The notes under the pieces: generated by a model
Databases searched by the model: none
The model's input: the letters and a program-made list of their open reading frames with translations, nothing else
What the model was told of the DNA's origin: nothing
Position numbers and translations under genes: made by a program
In this document: positions 1-8,283 of the stretch, piece by piece
Layout: every line of letters starts with the position of its first letter
Position numbering within the stretch: position 1 is the stretch's first letter
From: an uncultured Verrucomicrobiales bacterium
GTDB taxonomy: Bacteria; Verrucomicrobiota; Verrucomicrobiia; Verrucomicrobiales; DEV007
Direction: 5' to 3'
Assembly (NCBI GenBank): GCA_938091905.1
Contig: CALKOM010000118.1
Location: forward strand, 1-20,202
Length of the DNA: 20,202 nucleotides

Positions 1-461
1 AAGAGGAGCGACGACAACTTGCCCGCGGTGTAGAAGGTACGCGCGATCCCGAGTGCCCCAACCGACTCCATGCGATCCGCGTCTTGGAGGATCTTGGCTT
101 CTAAAGTTTCAGGCGGAATATTCGCGGAGAAACTATGCGCGGTAATGCTATGCTGAATCGCCGCGATCTCGTCTGAGTTGAATTCGAGTTGCTCAAGAAT
201 TGGCCCTGCCGCTTCTGCCGATAAACGGGACGCCTGGCTGCGTTGAGCCGAACCCTTGCTAACATTGACTAAATCATGGAGATACGCTGCTGCCGTCAAA
301 TGACGTTGATCAGCAGTTCCGGACTCACGTTTCGCAATCTCTTTCGCATTGAGGAGCACCCGACGTGCGTGATGGATATCGTGGCTCCCGTCCGTCCCAT
401 CGTCATGCTCAAGTAGGATCGCTTCAAGCGCCTTCTCAAGATCATCGAATGTCATCCTCAT
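1..461 (-). CDS. HD-domain phosphohydrolase, YedJ-like (3' end lies outside the window)
   Basis: Absent from the ORF track; translated by hand from ATG 461 (or 455): MRMTFDDLEKALEAILLEHDDGTDGSHDIHHARRV...AAYLHDLVNVSK...HSITAHSFSANIPPETLEAKILQDADRMESVGALGIARTFY. The H...HD...D metal ligands and the AHSFSA/QDADR motifs are typical of YedJ-type HD proteins. Confidence 0.88.
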   Translation of the reverse strand, partial: MRMTFDDLEKALEAILLEHDDGTDGSHDIHHARRVLLNAKEIAKRESGTADQRHLTAAAYLHDLVNVSKGSAQRSQASRLSAEAAGPILEQLEFNSDEIAAIQHSITAHSFSANIPPETLEAKILQDADRMESVGALGIARTFYTAGKLSSLL

Positions 462-479
462 CAGCAATCGAGATTGTTA

Positions 480-622
480 AGACAGAAATAGAGGGACAGA
501 ATGAAGAGGTTCCCGCTCGGCGAGAACAAACGAATTGAGAAGATAATTGATCCGATGCCGGGCACGATTTTGGGGGAATCGGCCACCTTCAGCCTCTTCA
601 TTCTGTCCCTCTATTTCTGTCT
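480..622. repeat. 143-bp element with perfect 30-bp terminal inverted repeats (MITE/REP-like)
   Basis: 480-509 agacagaaatagagggacagaatgaagagg is the exact reverse complement of 593-622 cctcttcattctgtccctctatttctgtct. The interior is 83 bp and non-coding. Confidence 0.85.
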
Positions 623-1981
623 CTACTCGTCAACACCCCAGCCTTTCCGGTAGGTCTTGCCAAGGTATTCGTTAGCCGCCTCGTGATTGGTGATCTTGAC
701 CGTCTTAGCATCCCAAGTGAGTTCCTTTCCAAGGGCAGCGCGGTGAGCTGCATTCCCAAGGAGATTGTGCTCGATGAGTTTGCCAGAGTAGTCAAAGTTG
801 CAAAGGGATTCCCCTTCCCCGCGACAAGCCTTGAGCCACTCGGCATAGTGGCCTGCAGAGGGCTCGATCTCGGTCGACTTCCGCCAGTTGCTGTCGTTTG
901 TCCGAACGATCTTCCCGTAGTCTGAAACGAGCACGCCTTTCGATCCCAGGAAGGCCAAGCCAATGTGCCATTTAGAAATGTCCGTCTTCTCGCCAAGCAA
1001 CGGCTGCAAGCGTTCGGCCATCGTCTTCATACCTTGGGGGCCGTGATACCAGATCACCTCTACGGCTTTGCGCATCGCCGGGGCCGTTGGTGTCCCATAG
1101 ACACCCTCTTTCTCGGGATGTTTCCACGTGACAATCTGTGAGGGTGGTGCCGCGATAGGGCTTGCAGGGCTTCCTTCCGCTTTGACCGCGATTGGATAGT
1201 CTAGGTCGAGCGCCCAGTAGGCGAGGTCGATCAAATGACTTCCCATGTCGCCAAGCACGCCATTCCCAAACTCCCAACGCCGGTTCCAATTGAGATTCCC
1301 GCCCTTCCAATAGGCTTGATCATAGTCACGCTCGGCCGCCGGGCCTAGCCAAACATCCCAATTGAACCCTTCGGGTATTTCTTGCTGGGTTGGCTGGCTT
1401 TGGCCTAAAGGCTTGATGCTGCGTCCGCACCACACGTGAACTTGATCGACCTCACCAGCAGCGCCGTCGCGAACGGCAGAGACCGCCTTGCGGTAATTAG
1501 CCGTTGCGTGAATCTGGGTTCCCATCTGGGTAGCGATTTTTCCCTTCACCTTGCGATACTCTTCCTGCATCCAACGCGCCTCTTGCACCGTGTGGGCTAA
1601 CGGTTTTTCACAATAGACGTGTTTCCCTACTCGCATCGCCGCGATCGAGGCAAGGGCATGGTGATGATCCGCCGTGCTGATGACGACCGCGTCAATGTCA
1701 GGATTCGCAACAACCTCGCGCCAATCGCTGGTCATCTTCGCGTTTGGGAACTTTGCTTTCGCTCCTGCCAAAGCTGCCGGATTCACATCGCAAAGGGTGT
1801 GGATGGTCTCGCCCTTCACACCATTCGTGTTTGCCCCGCCCCGTCCTCCTGCACCGATGATACCGATGTTCAGCTTTCCATTGGGTGACTGGGCCCTGAG
1901 AGGTCGAACCGCATGACTGGCCATTGCCGCCATGCCAAAACCAATGAACGTCCGACGGGGAAGAGAAGTACCTTGAACCAT
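623..1981 (-). CDS. Tat-exported Gfo/Idh/MocA family oxidoreductase
   Basis: Twin-arginine leader (PRRTFIG...PLRA), Rossmann IGIIGAGGRG, STADHHH, HVYCEKPL, WDVWLGPA, GDMGSHLID. ATG 1981 preferred over the TTG at 1996. Confidence 0.93.
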   Translation of the reverse strand: MVQGTSLPRRTFIGFGMAAMASHAVRPLRAQSPNGKLNIGIIGAGGRGGANTNGVKGETIHTLCDVNPAALAGAKAKFPNAKMTSDWREVVANPDIDAVVISTADHHHALASIAAMRVGKHVYCEKPLAHTVQEARWMQEEYRKVKGKIATQMGTQIHATANYRKAVSAVRDGAAGEVDQVHVWCGRSIKPLGQSQPTQQEIPEGFNWDVWLGPAAERDYDQAYWKGGNLNWNRRWEFGNGVLGDMGSHLIDLAYWALDLDYPIAVKAEGSPASPIAAPPSQIVTWKHPEKEGVYGTPTAPAMRKAVEVIWYHGPQGMKTMAERLQPLLGEKTDISKWHIGLAFLGSKGVLVSDYGKIVRTNDSNWRKSTEIEPSAGHYAEWLKACRGEGESLCNFDYSGKLIEHNLLGNAAHRAALGKELTWDAKTVKITNHEAANEYLGKTYRKGWGVDE

Positions 1982-1986
1982 TCCTG

Positions 1987-2016
1987 ATATTGCCAAGTCG
2001 AAAGGGGTAACGTCAA
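1987..2016 (-). promoter_or_regulatory. Putative sigma70 promoter of the oxidoreductase
   Basis: Minus strand: TTGACG-N18-CAATAT, with TG at the extended -10 position, 5 nt before ATG 1981. Confidence 0.4.
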
Positions 2017-2088
2017 GTAGCCTACGATCATTTCTGGCATTGCGTCAGGCTTTGCACTTACTCTAATCACCACATCGAGATCAACAAA

Positions 2089-2107
2089 ACGTATCTGGTA
2101 GATACGT
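2089..2107. promoter_or_regulatory. Operator-like palindrome
   Basis: ACGTATCT-ggt-AGATACGT, a perfect 8-bp dyad in the divergent intergenic region, overlapping the first base of a TATTTT -10-like hexamer (2107-2112). Confidence 0.4.
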
Positions 2108-2118
2108 ATTTTAGTGTG

Positions 2119-2433
2119 ATGGCCAATACGCCCCTCAAAGCGATCATCTTCTTCCTCATGCTCGCATTTGGCGCAGCTAGTCCAGGATGGCTTACGGGGT
2201 AAGGCAGCGTTGCGTTGTTCGTTATGTGGCCACTTGGCGTCTTTGGTGCGCTGTTCACGTGGGAATCTGCCCCGCCACTGTTTGGCATTGCCGACCCTTG
2301 CTTGTTCGGCTGTCTCTACAACTACCTCGTGAGTGAGCAGGCGCTTCGGGCACTCTTCTTTGGTTTCTCAATCGGCTTCTGGTGCTCGCTTCGACTAGTA
2401 GGCAACCTCGTCTGGGCTGCCCTCCCACTCTAA
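2119..2433 (+). pseudogene. Small membrane protein interrupted by an in-frame TAA
   Basis: MANTPLKAIIFFLMLAFGAASPGWLTG*GSVALFVMWPLGVFGALFTW...ALFFGFSIGFWCSL. One frame throughout, TAA at 2200-2202, hydrophobic character continues across the stop. Confidence 0.55.
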
Positions 2434-2899
2434 GCAAAGATTCCAGCAGTTTACTTATTTCCCCTCCTTTCAAAATGATCGGCACGTATGAACGAAGTAC
2501 GATGTGAAGAGGAAGGCCTTGATCCGGGCCACCTGAATCAGAGGTATCATTCCGTACCTTCGGGGCCTTTTCTCTTGGCTTTTGCTAGTAGCGACGCTCT
2601 GCATGACCTTGAGTGAGGGGAATCGACAGGCATTCGAACGGCGTCGCTTGAATAAGCAAATTCTGGGAGAGGTGGCTCTTGACCCAGGGCTCTTGGCACC
2701 CCGCCTCGATGAATTGCCTGTCCCAAAGATCAACTCCATACTCGATACGCTCATCCCCAAACGGTTCGTCAATCGCTGACATGAGGCTGCGGGCAAACCG
2801 GATCGCTCGCGGTATCCAGTGGGGCATGTGCTCTTGATCGAGGGCATCAGGCCGTTTATTAGACTGGCTCGCGACGGCAACAGACTACTAACAAACAGC

Positions 2900-3949
2900 T
2901 TAAGGGCGGAGCACATCAGCTTCGTCAAAGACAGCGTGCTGAATCACGCTGCGTTCGTCTGAAGTGAAAATGACATGGATCTTTCCGTCTTTGGTTTGGA
3001 TCGCGGTGGGATAGGCATAGGAGCCTTCGCCTTCCATGATGTTTTGGCGACGCAGGAAGGTCCTTCCCTGATCTTCGGAAATGGCCACGGTCAACGGAGA
3101 ACGTTCGTACATGTGATCGTTAAAGACGAGGAGAAGATGCCCGTTGGCGAGCTTCTTGAAGTCGAGCGCCGAGTTCGGATTCTTGAAAGTGGAATCCGTT
3201 CCTTTGGTCCATGTCTTGCCACCATCTGTTGAAGAGGCCGTCACCGTCCACCCCTGATCGGTCGGCTCGTAGTCACCGCAACGCCGACAGTAAGCAATCA
3301 GGTTCCCCGGTGAGGTTTCGACCACGCCGGGTTGGATATTGCCTTTATCGGACCGGATCACGCCCACCTCGCGCCACTGGGTTTGGCCCGGCGTGAAGCG
3401 AAGCATGCGCGAAGTCGAATCTGCTCCCGTGAACTCGGTATCGGCACCAGTCTCGTGATAAATGGGCAAGAGATAGTCTCCGTCACTCAAAACGATGGGT
3501 TGGTTCCTAACCATCGTCCCATCTTGCAAGGTCACGAGAAAGGAATCGGACCAGGTCTTGGCACCGTCTCGCGAAATCTTTGCCTTGATCCGCGAAGTCG
3601 ACCACGTCTCTCCAAAACGAGTGACATAGAAGAGCCAAACCACACCATCGGGCGCTTGCCAAACTACAGGATTGCCCAAGGATTTGAACGGGTTGCCCGC
3701 AATCACCTGGGGCGCCGTCCATTTGCTTGAACCTTTTACTAAGCGCGACGCAAAGACGCGTGTGCTTTCGGCATACTCGCCGCCACCGCCGTAATAAGCC
3801 AAATAGAGATCGCCGTTGTCCAACTCAGTGAGACAAGACGGATGTTTGTAGGAACCTGTTTTCGTTTCGGGTCCAAAGACTCGCGTGATGGTGATCTCAG
3901 CGGTAACGAAATTTGTGAGTAAGAACAGACAGATTAACAATGGCTTCAT
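2900..3949 (-). CDS. Secreted BNR/Asp-box beta-propeller protein (sialidase-like, BNR_2 type)
   Basis: Signal peptide MKPLLICLFLLTNFVTA; Asp boxes SRDGAKTW, STDGGKTW, SEDQGRTF; IQP, NPNS, RSPL and YAYP motifs. No canonical FRIP motif, so the substrate is uncertain. Confidence 0.88.
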   Translation of the reverse strand: MKPLLICLFLLTNFVTAEITITRVFGPETKTGSYKHPSCLTELDNGDLYLAYYGGGGEYAESTRVFASRLVKGSSKWTAPQVIAGNPFKSLGNPVVWQAPDGVVWLFYVTRFGETWSTSRIKAKISRDGAKTWSDSFLVTLQDGTMVRNQPIVLSDGDYLLPIYHETGADTEFTGADSTSRMLRFTPGQTQWREVGVIRSDKGNIQPGVVETSPGNLIAYCRRCGDYEPTDQGWTVTASSTDGGKTWTKGTDSTFKNPNSALDFKKLANGHLLLVFNDHMYERSPLTVAISEDQGRTFLRRQNIMEGEGSYAYPTAIQTKDGKIHVIFTSDERSVIQHAVFDEADVLRP

Positions 3950-4010
3950 GTGACTAGGCTATTGGCGCAAGTAAACCGTAGAGCCTTGATCACATAACGA
4001 CGAGAGGATA

Positions 4011-4487
4011 GTGGCGATAATGGGACATTGCTTTTACCCTAAGGATGTGGATCACTCAAGCGTGGACGAGTACGGTGAGAAGATCCCAAGAGAGCGCGAA
4101 GAATCGCTGTGCCCCTGTAAGAGTCGCTTGAGCTACGCCAGGTGTTGCCTGCGCTTTCACTATGGTCGTGCCCGTGCGGAGACGGCGGAGGAACTCATGC
4201 GATCACGCTACACAGCTTACTTCTTCCGACGAGTCGATTACCTAGTTGAAACGACGCATCCTGACACGAAAGAGCATAACCTGAAAAAGCAACTCGAAGA
4301 AACAATTTATGACGTGAATTGGAGCGGGCTCGAAATTGTCGGGACAGCCAAGGGTCAGAAAGAAGATAAGATTGGCAAGGTCGAGTTCATCGCCACTTAC
4401 TTTGTCGGCGACGAACCGCATGAGCTACACGAACTGAGCCGATTCAAGAAGTTCAAAGGGATGTGGAAGTATTTGGACGGGAAGTAG
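4011..4487 (+). CDS. ychJ: YchJ (UPF0225) family protein with SEC-C-like motif
   Basis: CPCKSRLSYARCC, TAEELMRSRYTAY, YLVETTHP, WSGLEIV, GKVEFIA, LHELSRF, WKYLDG. The start could instead be ATG 4020. Confidence 0.92.
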   Translation: MAIMGHCFYPKDVDHSSVDEYGEKIPREREESLCPCKSRLSYARCCLRFHYGRARAETAEELMRSRYTAYFFRRVDYLVETTHPDTKEHNLKKQLEETIYDVNWSGLEIVGTAKGQKEDKIGKVEFIATYFVGDEPHELHELSRFKKFKGMWKYLDGK

Positions 4488-4579
4488 GCGACCGTTGCGG
4501 ATTGGTAGCGCAACATTTCAATGTCGCGAAAATACTGTCGGCTGTGCTTACGACATTGGTATGTCCAGCTCCATGGGCG

Positions 4580-6650
4580 CTATTCATCGGCCACTTTCTC
4601 GCGTAGCGTTAGTTTAAGGAACGAATACTCGGAGTCCTCAGCATTGGCCCGCAGATGGATCGTGACTTCTTCCAGGTCTGGACCGAGAGCTGTCGTTTCC
4701 ACGTGTTCGATAAGCGAAGGGTCGTCGATCCACTCCAAGAGGTCTCCTGAGAATTCGACAGCGAAATCGGCATGAGCTTCTGCATTCTTCCGCCGTTGGA
4801 AACAGATGGCCAGATAATTATCGGCGTCGTCCGTGATCCACTCAGGCCGAACTCTAAGATGCTCAATCAAGTTCATAGGGTTTAGGACTAACAAGATCTT
4901 GTCTGTGTCACTTCATCGATCTCCAACGCGGTTCAGCCCACCAGCAGCCACTTCCGCGTCTGGCGTGTTTATGTTTGGAACAAAACCACCTGACCAATCA
5001 ATGAAGCCATCGGGTAGTGGCGTTAGATGGGGAACATCGGTCACATCGTTGAGGCGTAACTGAGTTTGTCCGTAAACATCACCGTCCATGCGGAACTCGA
5101 CCGTGATGGGATTCAGGTGGCAAGGGGTCCGAGCCATTTCCGCCCCCCATCGGGCCCTGCCGGGATAGGTTCGTGATCCATACCGTCGTCCGACAACTGA
5201 ACGAACTTAACGAGCAGCTGTATCTTCTCAATGCCAACCAATGAAAGGGAGTACGTCAGAGCATCGCCACAGGCTTCACCCTCGCTAGACTCACGCAGTT
5301 TGTAGGTCACTTCGAGGATGCCAACCGTCATGCGCGACCCCGTAACGAATGCTGATACCATGGCAAGTGTCTGACCGTTCTCCCAAGGCCACCCCAATCG
5401 AGGTGAACTCTGAGAGATCAACTGGCTGCGGCATGGGATCAACCAAAGGTCCCGATTCGACTCCGATGAAGCTCCACCAATCGTCCGCCGTCTGGATGAT
5501 GGCATTGCGAGGCTCTTCGATCTGAAGGTGCGTCTCGATGCGTTCGAAGTCCAGCTTGACGCCAACAGGAGGCTCTTCGTAAGTGGGGAGACGGTAAGTG
5601 TGACGCTCGAAATAGGGGAGTTCGGGCTCGGCAAAGAACTGAACCTCCGAGGCCTTCGCATCAAGGATGAAGAGATCGCCGCGTTGCAACACAGGGCCCC
5701 AGTCCGACACGGTGTGATAAAGAAATCCAGTGAACGCGACTTCTACATGAGCGGCTGCTGAGGCGTTGCCTTCTTCAGTCTCGATGGCCGCTCTCGCAGC
5801 AATCTTGCCGCTGTTCTCGCCGCCTTGGTAGACGAACTCGGCACCGGCATACACTGGGTTGTCGATGCGGATCTCCACCCTAAAGAAATCACCATGCTCG
5901 AGATGCGGTAAACCATCGACCCAGTCCATGGGGATCGAACCGGCACCATCTCCAATGCCGCCATCAGGCTTCACCGAAATCGGTAGATCAATGTCTGACT
6001 CCGGCAGTAGAATGAAATCAATTGGCGAGTCGGACGTGGGCTAAGAGCTCTCCGTCTTCGTGTTTGCGTATGTCGATATCGACCTCCGTTGGATAGGCGG
6101 GACGTTGCTGGCCGAATGCGATGTGGAAATTGACTAACAAAGAAGCAGCCAAGAATCCACTCGTCCTGAGTTCCACTTGATCCGACTCCAAGAGAATCGT
6201 GTAACGCCCGTTGTTCTCCGAGGACAAGCCGTTTGTCGAAGGCGTAAAATGATAGGTTACAACAATCCATTCCCGAAATCTGCCACAATCACTATCGTCC
6301 GGTCGCAAGAGGCCACCGCCATCGATGCCGAAATCACCATCCTGGTCTACCAAATCGACTTCTTCGGGGAACAACACGGGATCGTTGAGGCGCTCGGCAC
6401 GAACAAGGGTTACCAACTCGTTGTAGCCATTCTGGCTCACGACCCAATTGTCCTGGTCATCACGACTGGTGACATCGACCGGGCTAAAATAATACACCTT
6501 TAGCTCAGCCGGATCAGCTGAAGCCTACTAAAGATCGTCGACGGCCAGTCGAGTAGACCAACCTCCCCAAATCAGGTCGAAATCCTGTCCAAAGGACGGG
6601 GAAAGGGCGCAGGCAACGAGGGCGACGACAGACGCGACAACAGATTTCAT
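4580..6650 (-). pseudogene. Decayed secreted multidomain surface protein
   Basis: ATG 6650 gives signal peptide MKSVVASVVALVACALSPSFG; tandem TAG TAG at 6525-6530; the same frame continues as ORF 6497-6018; a shift near 6030 leads into the frame of ORF 5974-5291; further shifts near 5320 and 5120; TGA at 4913-4915 inside a degraded DxDGDGxSDxDE-type motif; ends in a ...VEFSGDLLEW...FLKL domain. Confidence 0.8.
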
Positions 6651-6794
6651 AGCAAGATGGGGATTCTCGTGCTGACCCACAACGACATCTTAGATATCCG
6701 GCCATGAAACGGGACTGCAGAGAATACCCGTTAGAGAAATTCATGAACAGCCCCGAGCCTTGTAACTTCAGGGATTCTCGGCCTAGATAGGTTC

Positions 6795-8228
6795 ATGATT
6801 CGACGGCTCATTCTCACCCTTCTCCTTGCAACCTTCACTCAGGTTCACGCCCAAGAGCAGCCACCAAACGTTATTCTCATTCTCGTCGACGACCTGGGAT
6901 GGATGGATCTTGGTTGTCAGGGCTCCGACTATTACAAGACTCCCAACATTGATCGACTGGCAAAAGAAGGCGTGCGATTCACAAACGGCTACGCGGCCTG
7001 CGCGGTATGTTCACCGACACGAGCAGCTGTATTGACCGGGCGCTACCCGCATCGCGTTGGCGTCACGGATTGGATTCGCTCGCGATTTCAACGCGGTGGT
7101 CTAGGCACCCCCGACAAGAACCCCACGACTTATGTGGGTGGCAAGAATCGGAAGTTTCTCTGTCCTCCCAACCCCTATTGGATGGAGCACGAAGAGAGGA
7201 CCATTGCCGAAGCATTAGGCGAAGCTAAGGGCTATCGGTCTGCCTACATAGGCAAATGGCATTTGGGTGATCCCGATTGGTATCCGACGAAACAAGGCTT
7301 CACCGAGAATCGCGGGGGTTGCGATTATGGACAACCGCCTTCCTATTTCGATCCTTACACTAAGCCCAAAGGCAAACACGAAAGCCTGCGCGAAGGTATC
7401 TATAAGCTGCCGGGTCGCAAGCCTGGCGAATTTCTCACTCACCGTGAAGCTGACGAAACCCTTTCATTGATACGCCAATGGAAGGACGAACCTTTCTTTA
7501 TCCAACTTGGCAACTACGCCGTGCACACACCCATTCAAGCCATCCCGGAAGTGGCGGCTAAGTACCAGAAAGAAGGGAAGACTCCTATTCAAGCCAAGTA
7601 TGCTGCCCTCGTTGAATCAGTGGACGACGCCGTGGGCGGGATCCTGAATCTGTTAGAAGAACTCGAGCTTGACGAGAAGACCTTGGTCATCTTCACCAGC
7701 GACAACGGTGGTCTCGATCGCGACGGCTCGCCGACAGACAACGCACCACTAAGGAGCGGGAAGGGCTACGCTTATGAAGGCGGCATCCGCGTACCCTTTC
7801 TCGTGCGCTGGCCCAAGGTGATCCCTGCGAACCAAGTGTCGGACACGCCTGTGTGCTCCATTGATCTGTTTCCAACCATCCTCGAAGCGACGGGAACGAA
7901 GCTACCCAGCGACCGGCGCCTCGATGGGCTTTCTCTCCTAGGCCACCTAAAAAACGGGAAGGCTGTGGATCGCGACACCTTGGTCTGGCACTTCCCTCAC
8001 TATCGCCACCACCCGGGCCCCTACTCCATTCTTCGCCAGGGCAATTGGAAGTACCTTAAGTTCTGGGACGGTCCGCAGGAGTTGTATGATCTCAAGAATG
8101 ATCCGAGCGAGGCCAAGAACGTAGCAGAATCTCAGAAGGAGAGAGTGGTAACCATGGACGCCTTGCTTCTAAAGCAACTCAAGACGCAAGACGCCAAATT
8201 GCCCCGCCTTAATCCGGACCATTCATAG
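6795..8228 (+). CDS. Secreted formylglycine-dependent (S1, Cys-type) sulfatase
   Basis: Signal peptide; PNVILILVDDLG, CSPTRAAVLTG (CxPxR), GKWHLG, AVHTP, FTSDNGG, YEGGIRVP, ELYDLKNDPSE. Confidence 0.96.
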   Translation: MIRRLILTLLLATFTQVHAQEQPPNVILILVDDLGWMDLGCQGSDYYKTPNIDRLAKEGVRFTNGYAACAVCSPTRAAVLTGRYPHRVGVTDWIRSRFQRGGLGTPDKNPTTYVGGKNRKFLCPPNPYWMEHEERTIAEALGEAKGYRSAYIGKWHLGDPDWYPTKQGFTENRGGCDYGQPPSYFDPYTKPKGKHESLREGIYKLPGRKPGEFLTHREADETLSLIRQWKDEPFFIQLGNYAVHTPIQAIPEVAAKYQKEGKTPIQAKYAALVESVDDAVGGILNLLEELELDEKTLVIFTSDNGGLDRDGSPTDNAPLRSGKGYAYEGGIRVPFLVRWPKVIPANQVSDTPVCSIDLFPTILEATGTKLPSDRRLDGLSLLGHLKNGKAVDRDTLVWHFPHYRHHPGPYSILRQGNWKYLKFWDGPQELYDLKNDPSEAKNVAESQKERVVTMDALLLKQLKTQDAKLPRLNPDHS

Positions 8229-8229
8229 A

Positions 8230-8274
8230 GCAACTTTTCAAAGTTGCCAGGGTGGCGATTTTTTTAGTCACCCT
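8230..8274. terminator. Two hairpins between convergent genes (possible bidirectional terminator)
   Basis: gcaactt-ttca-aagttgc (8230-8247) and agggtggc-N10-gtcaccct (8249-8274). No clean U-tract on either side. Confidence 0.35.
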
Positions 8275-8283
8275 ACATTATTG

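Noticed and set aside
2470..2890. ORFs 2585-2827(-), 2582-2779(+) and 2470-2928(-)
   Set aside because: Mutually overlapping with no recognisable motif. The minus frame (IDEPFGDERIEYGVDLWD) may be debris, but evidence is insufficient.
2900..3949. Calling the Asp-box protein a true sialidase (nanH)
   Set aside because: It lacks the FRIP motif and there are no nan catabolic genes nearby; only the fold is supported.
4488..4579. Short stems after ychJ (gttgcg/cgcaac; caatgtcg/cgacattg) as a terminator or sRNA
   Set aside because: The stems are short with long loops and no U-tract; not distinguishable from chance.
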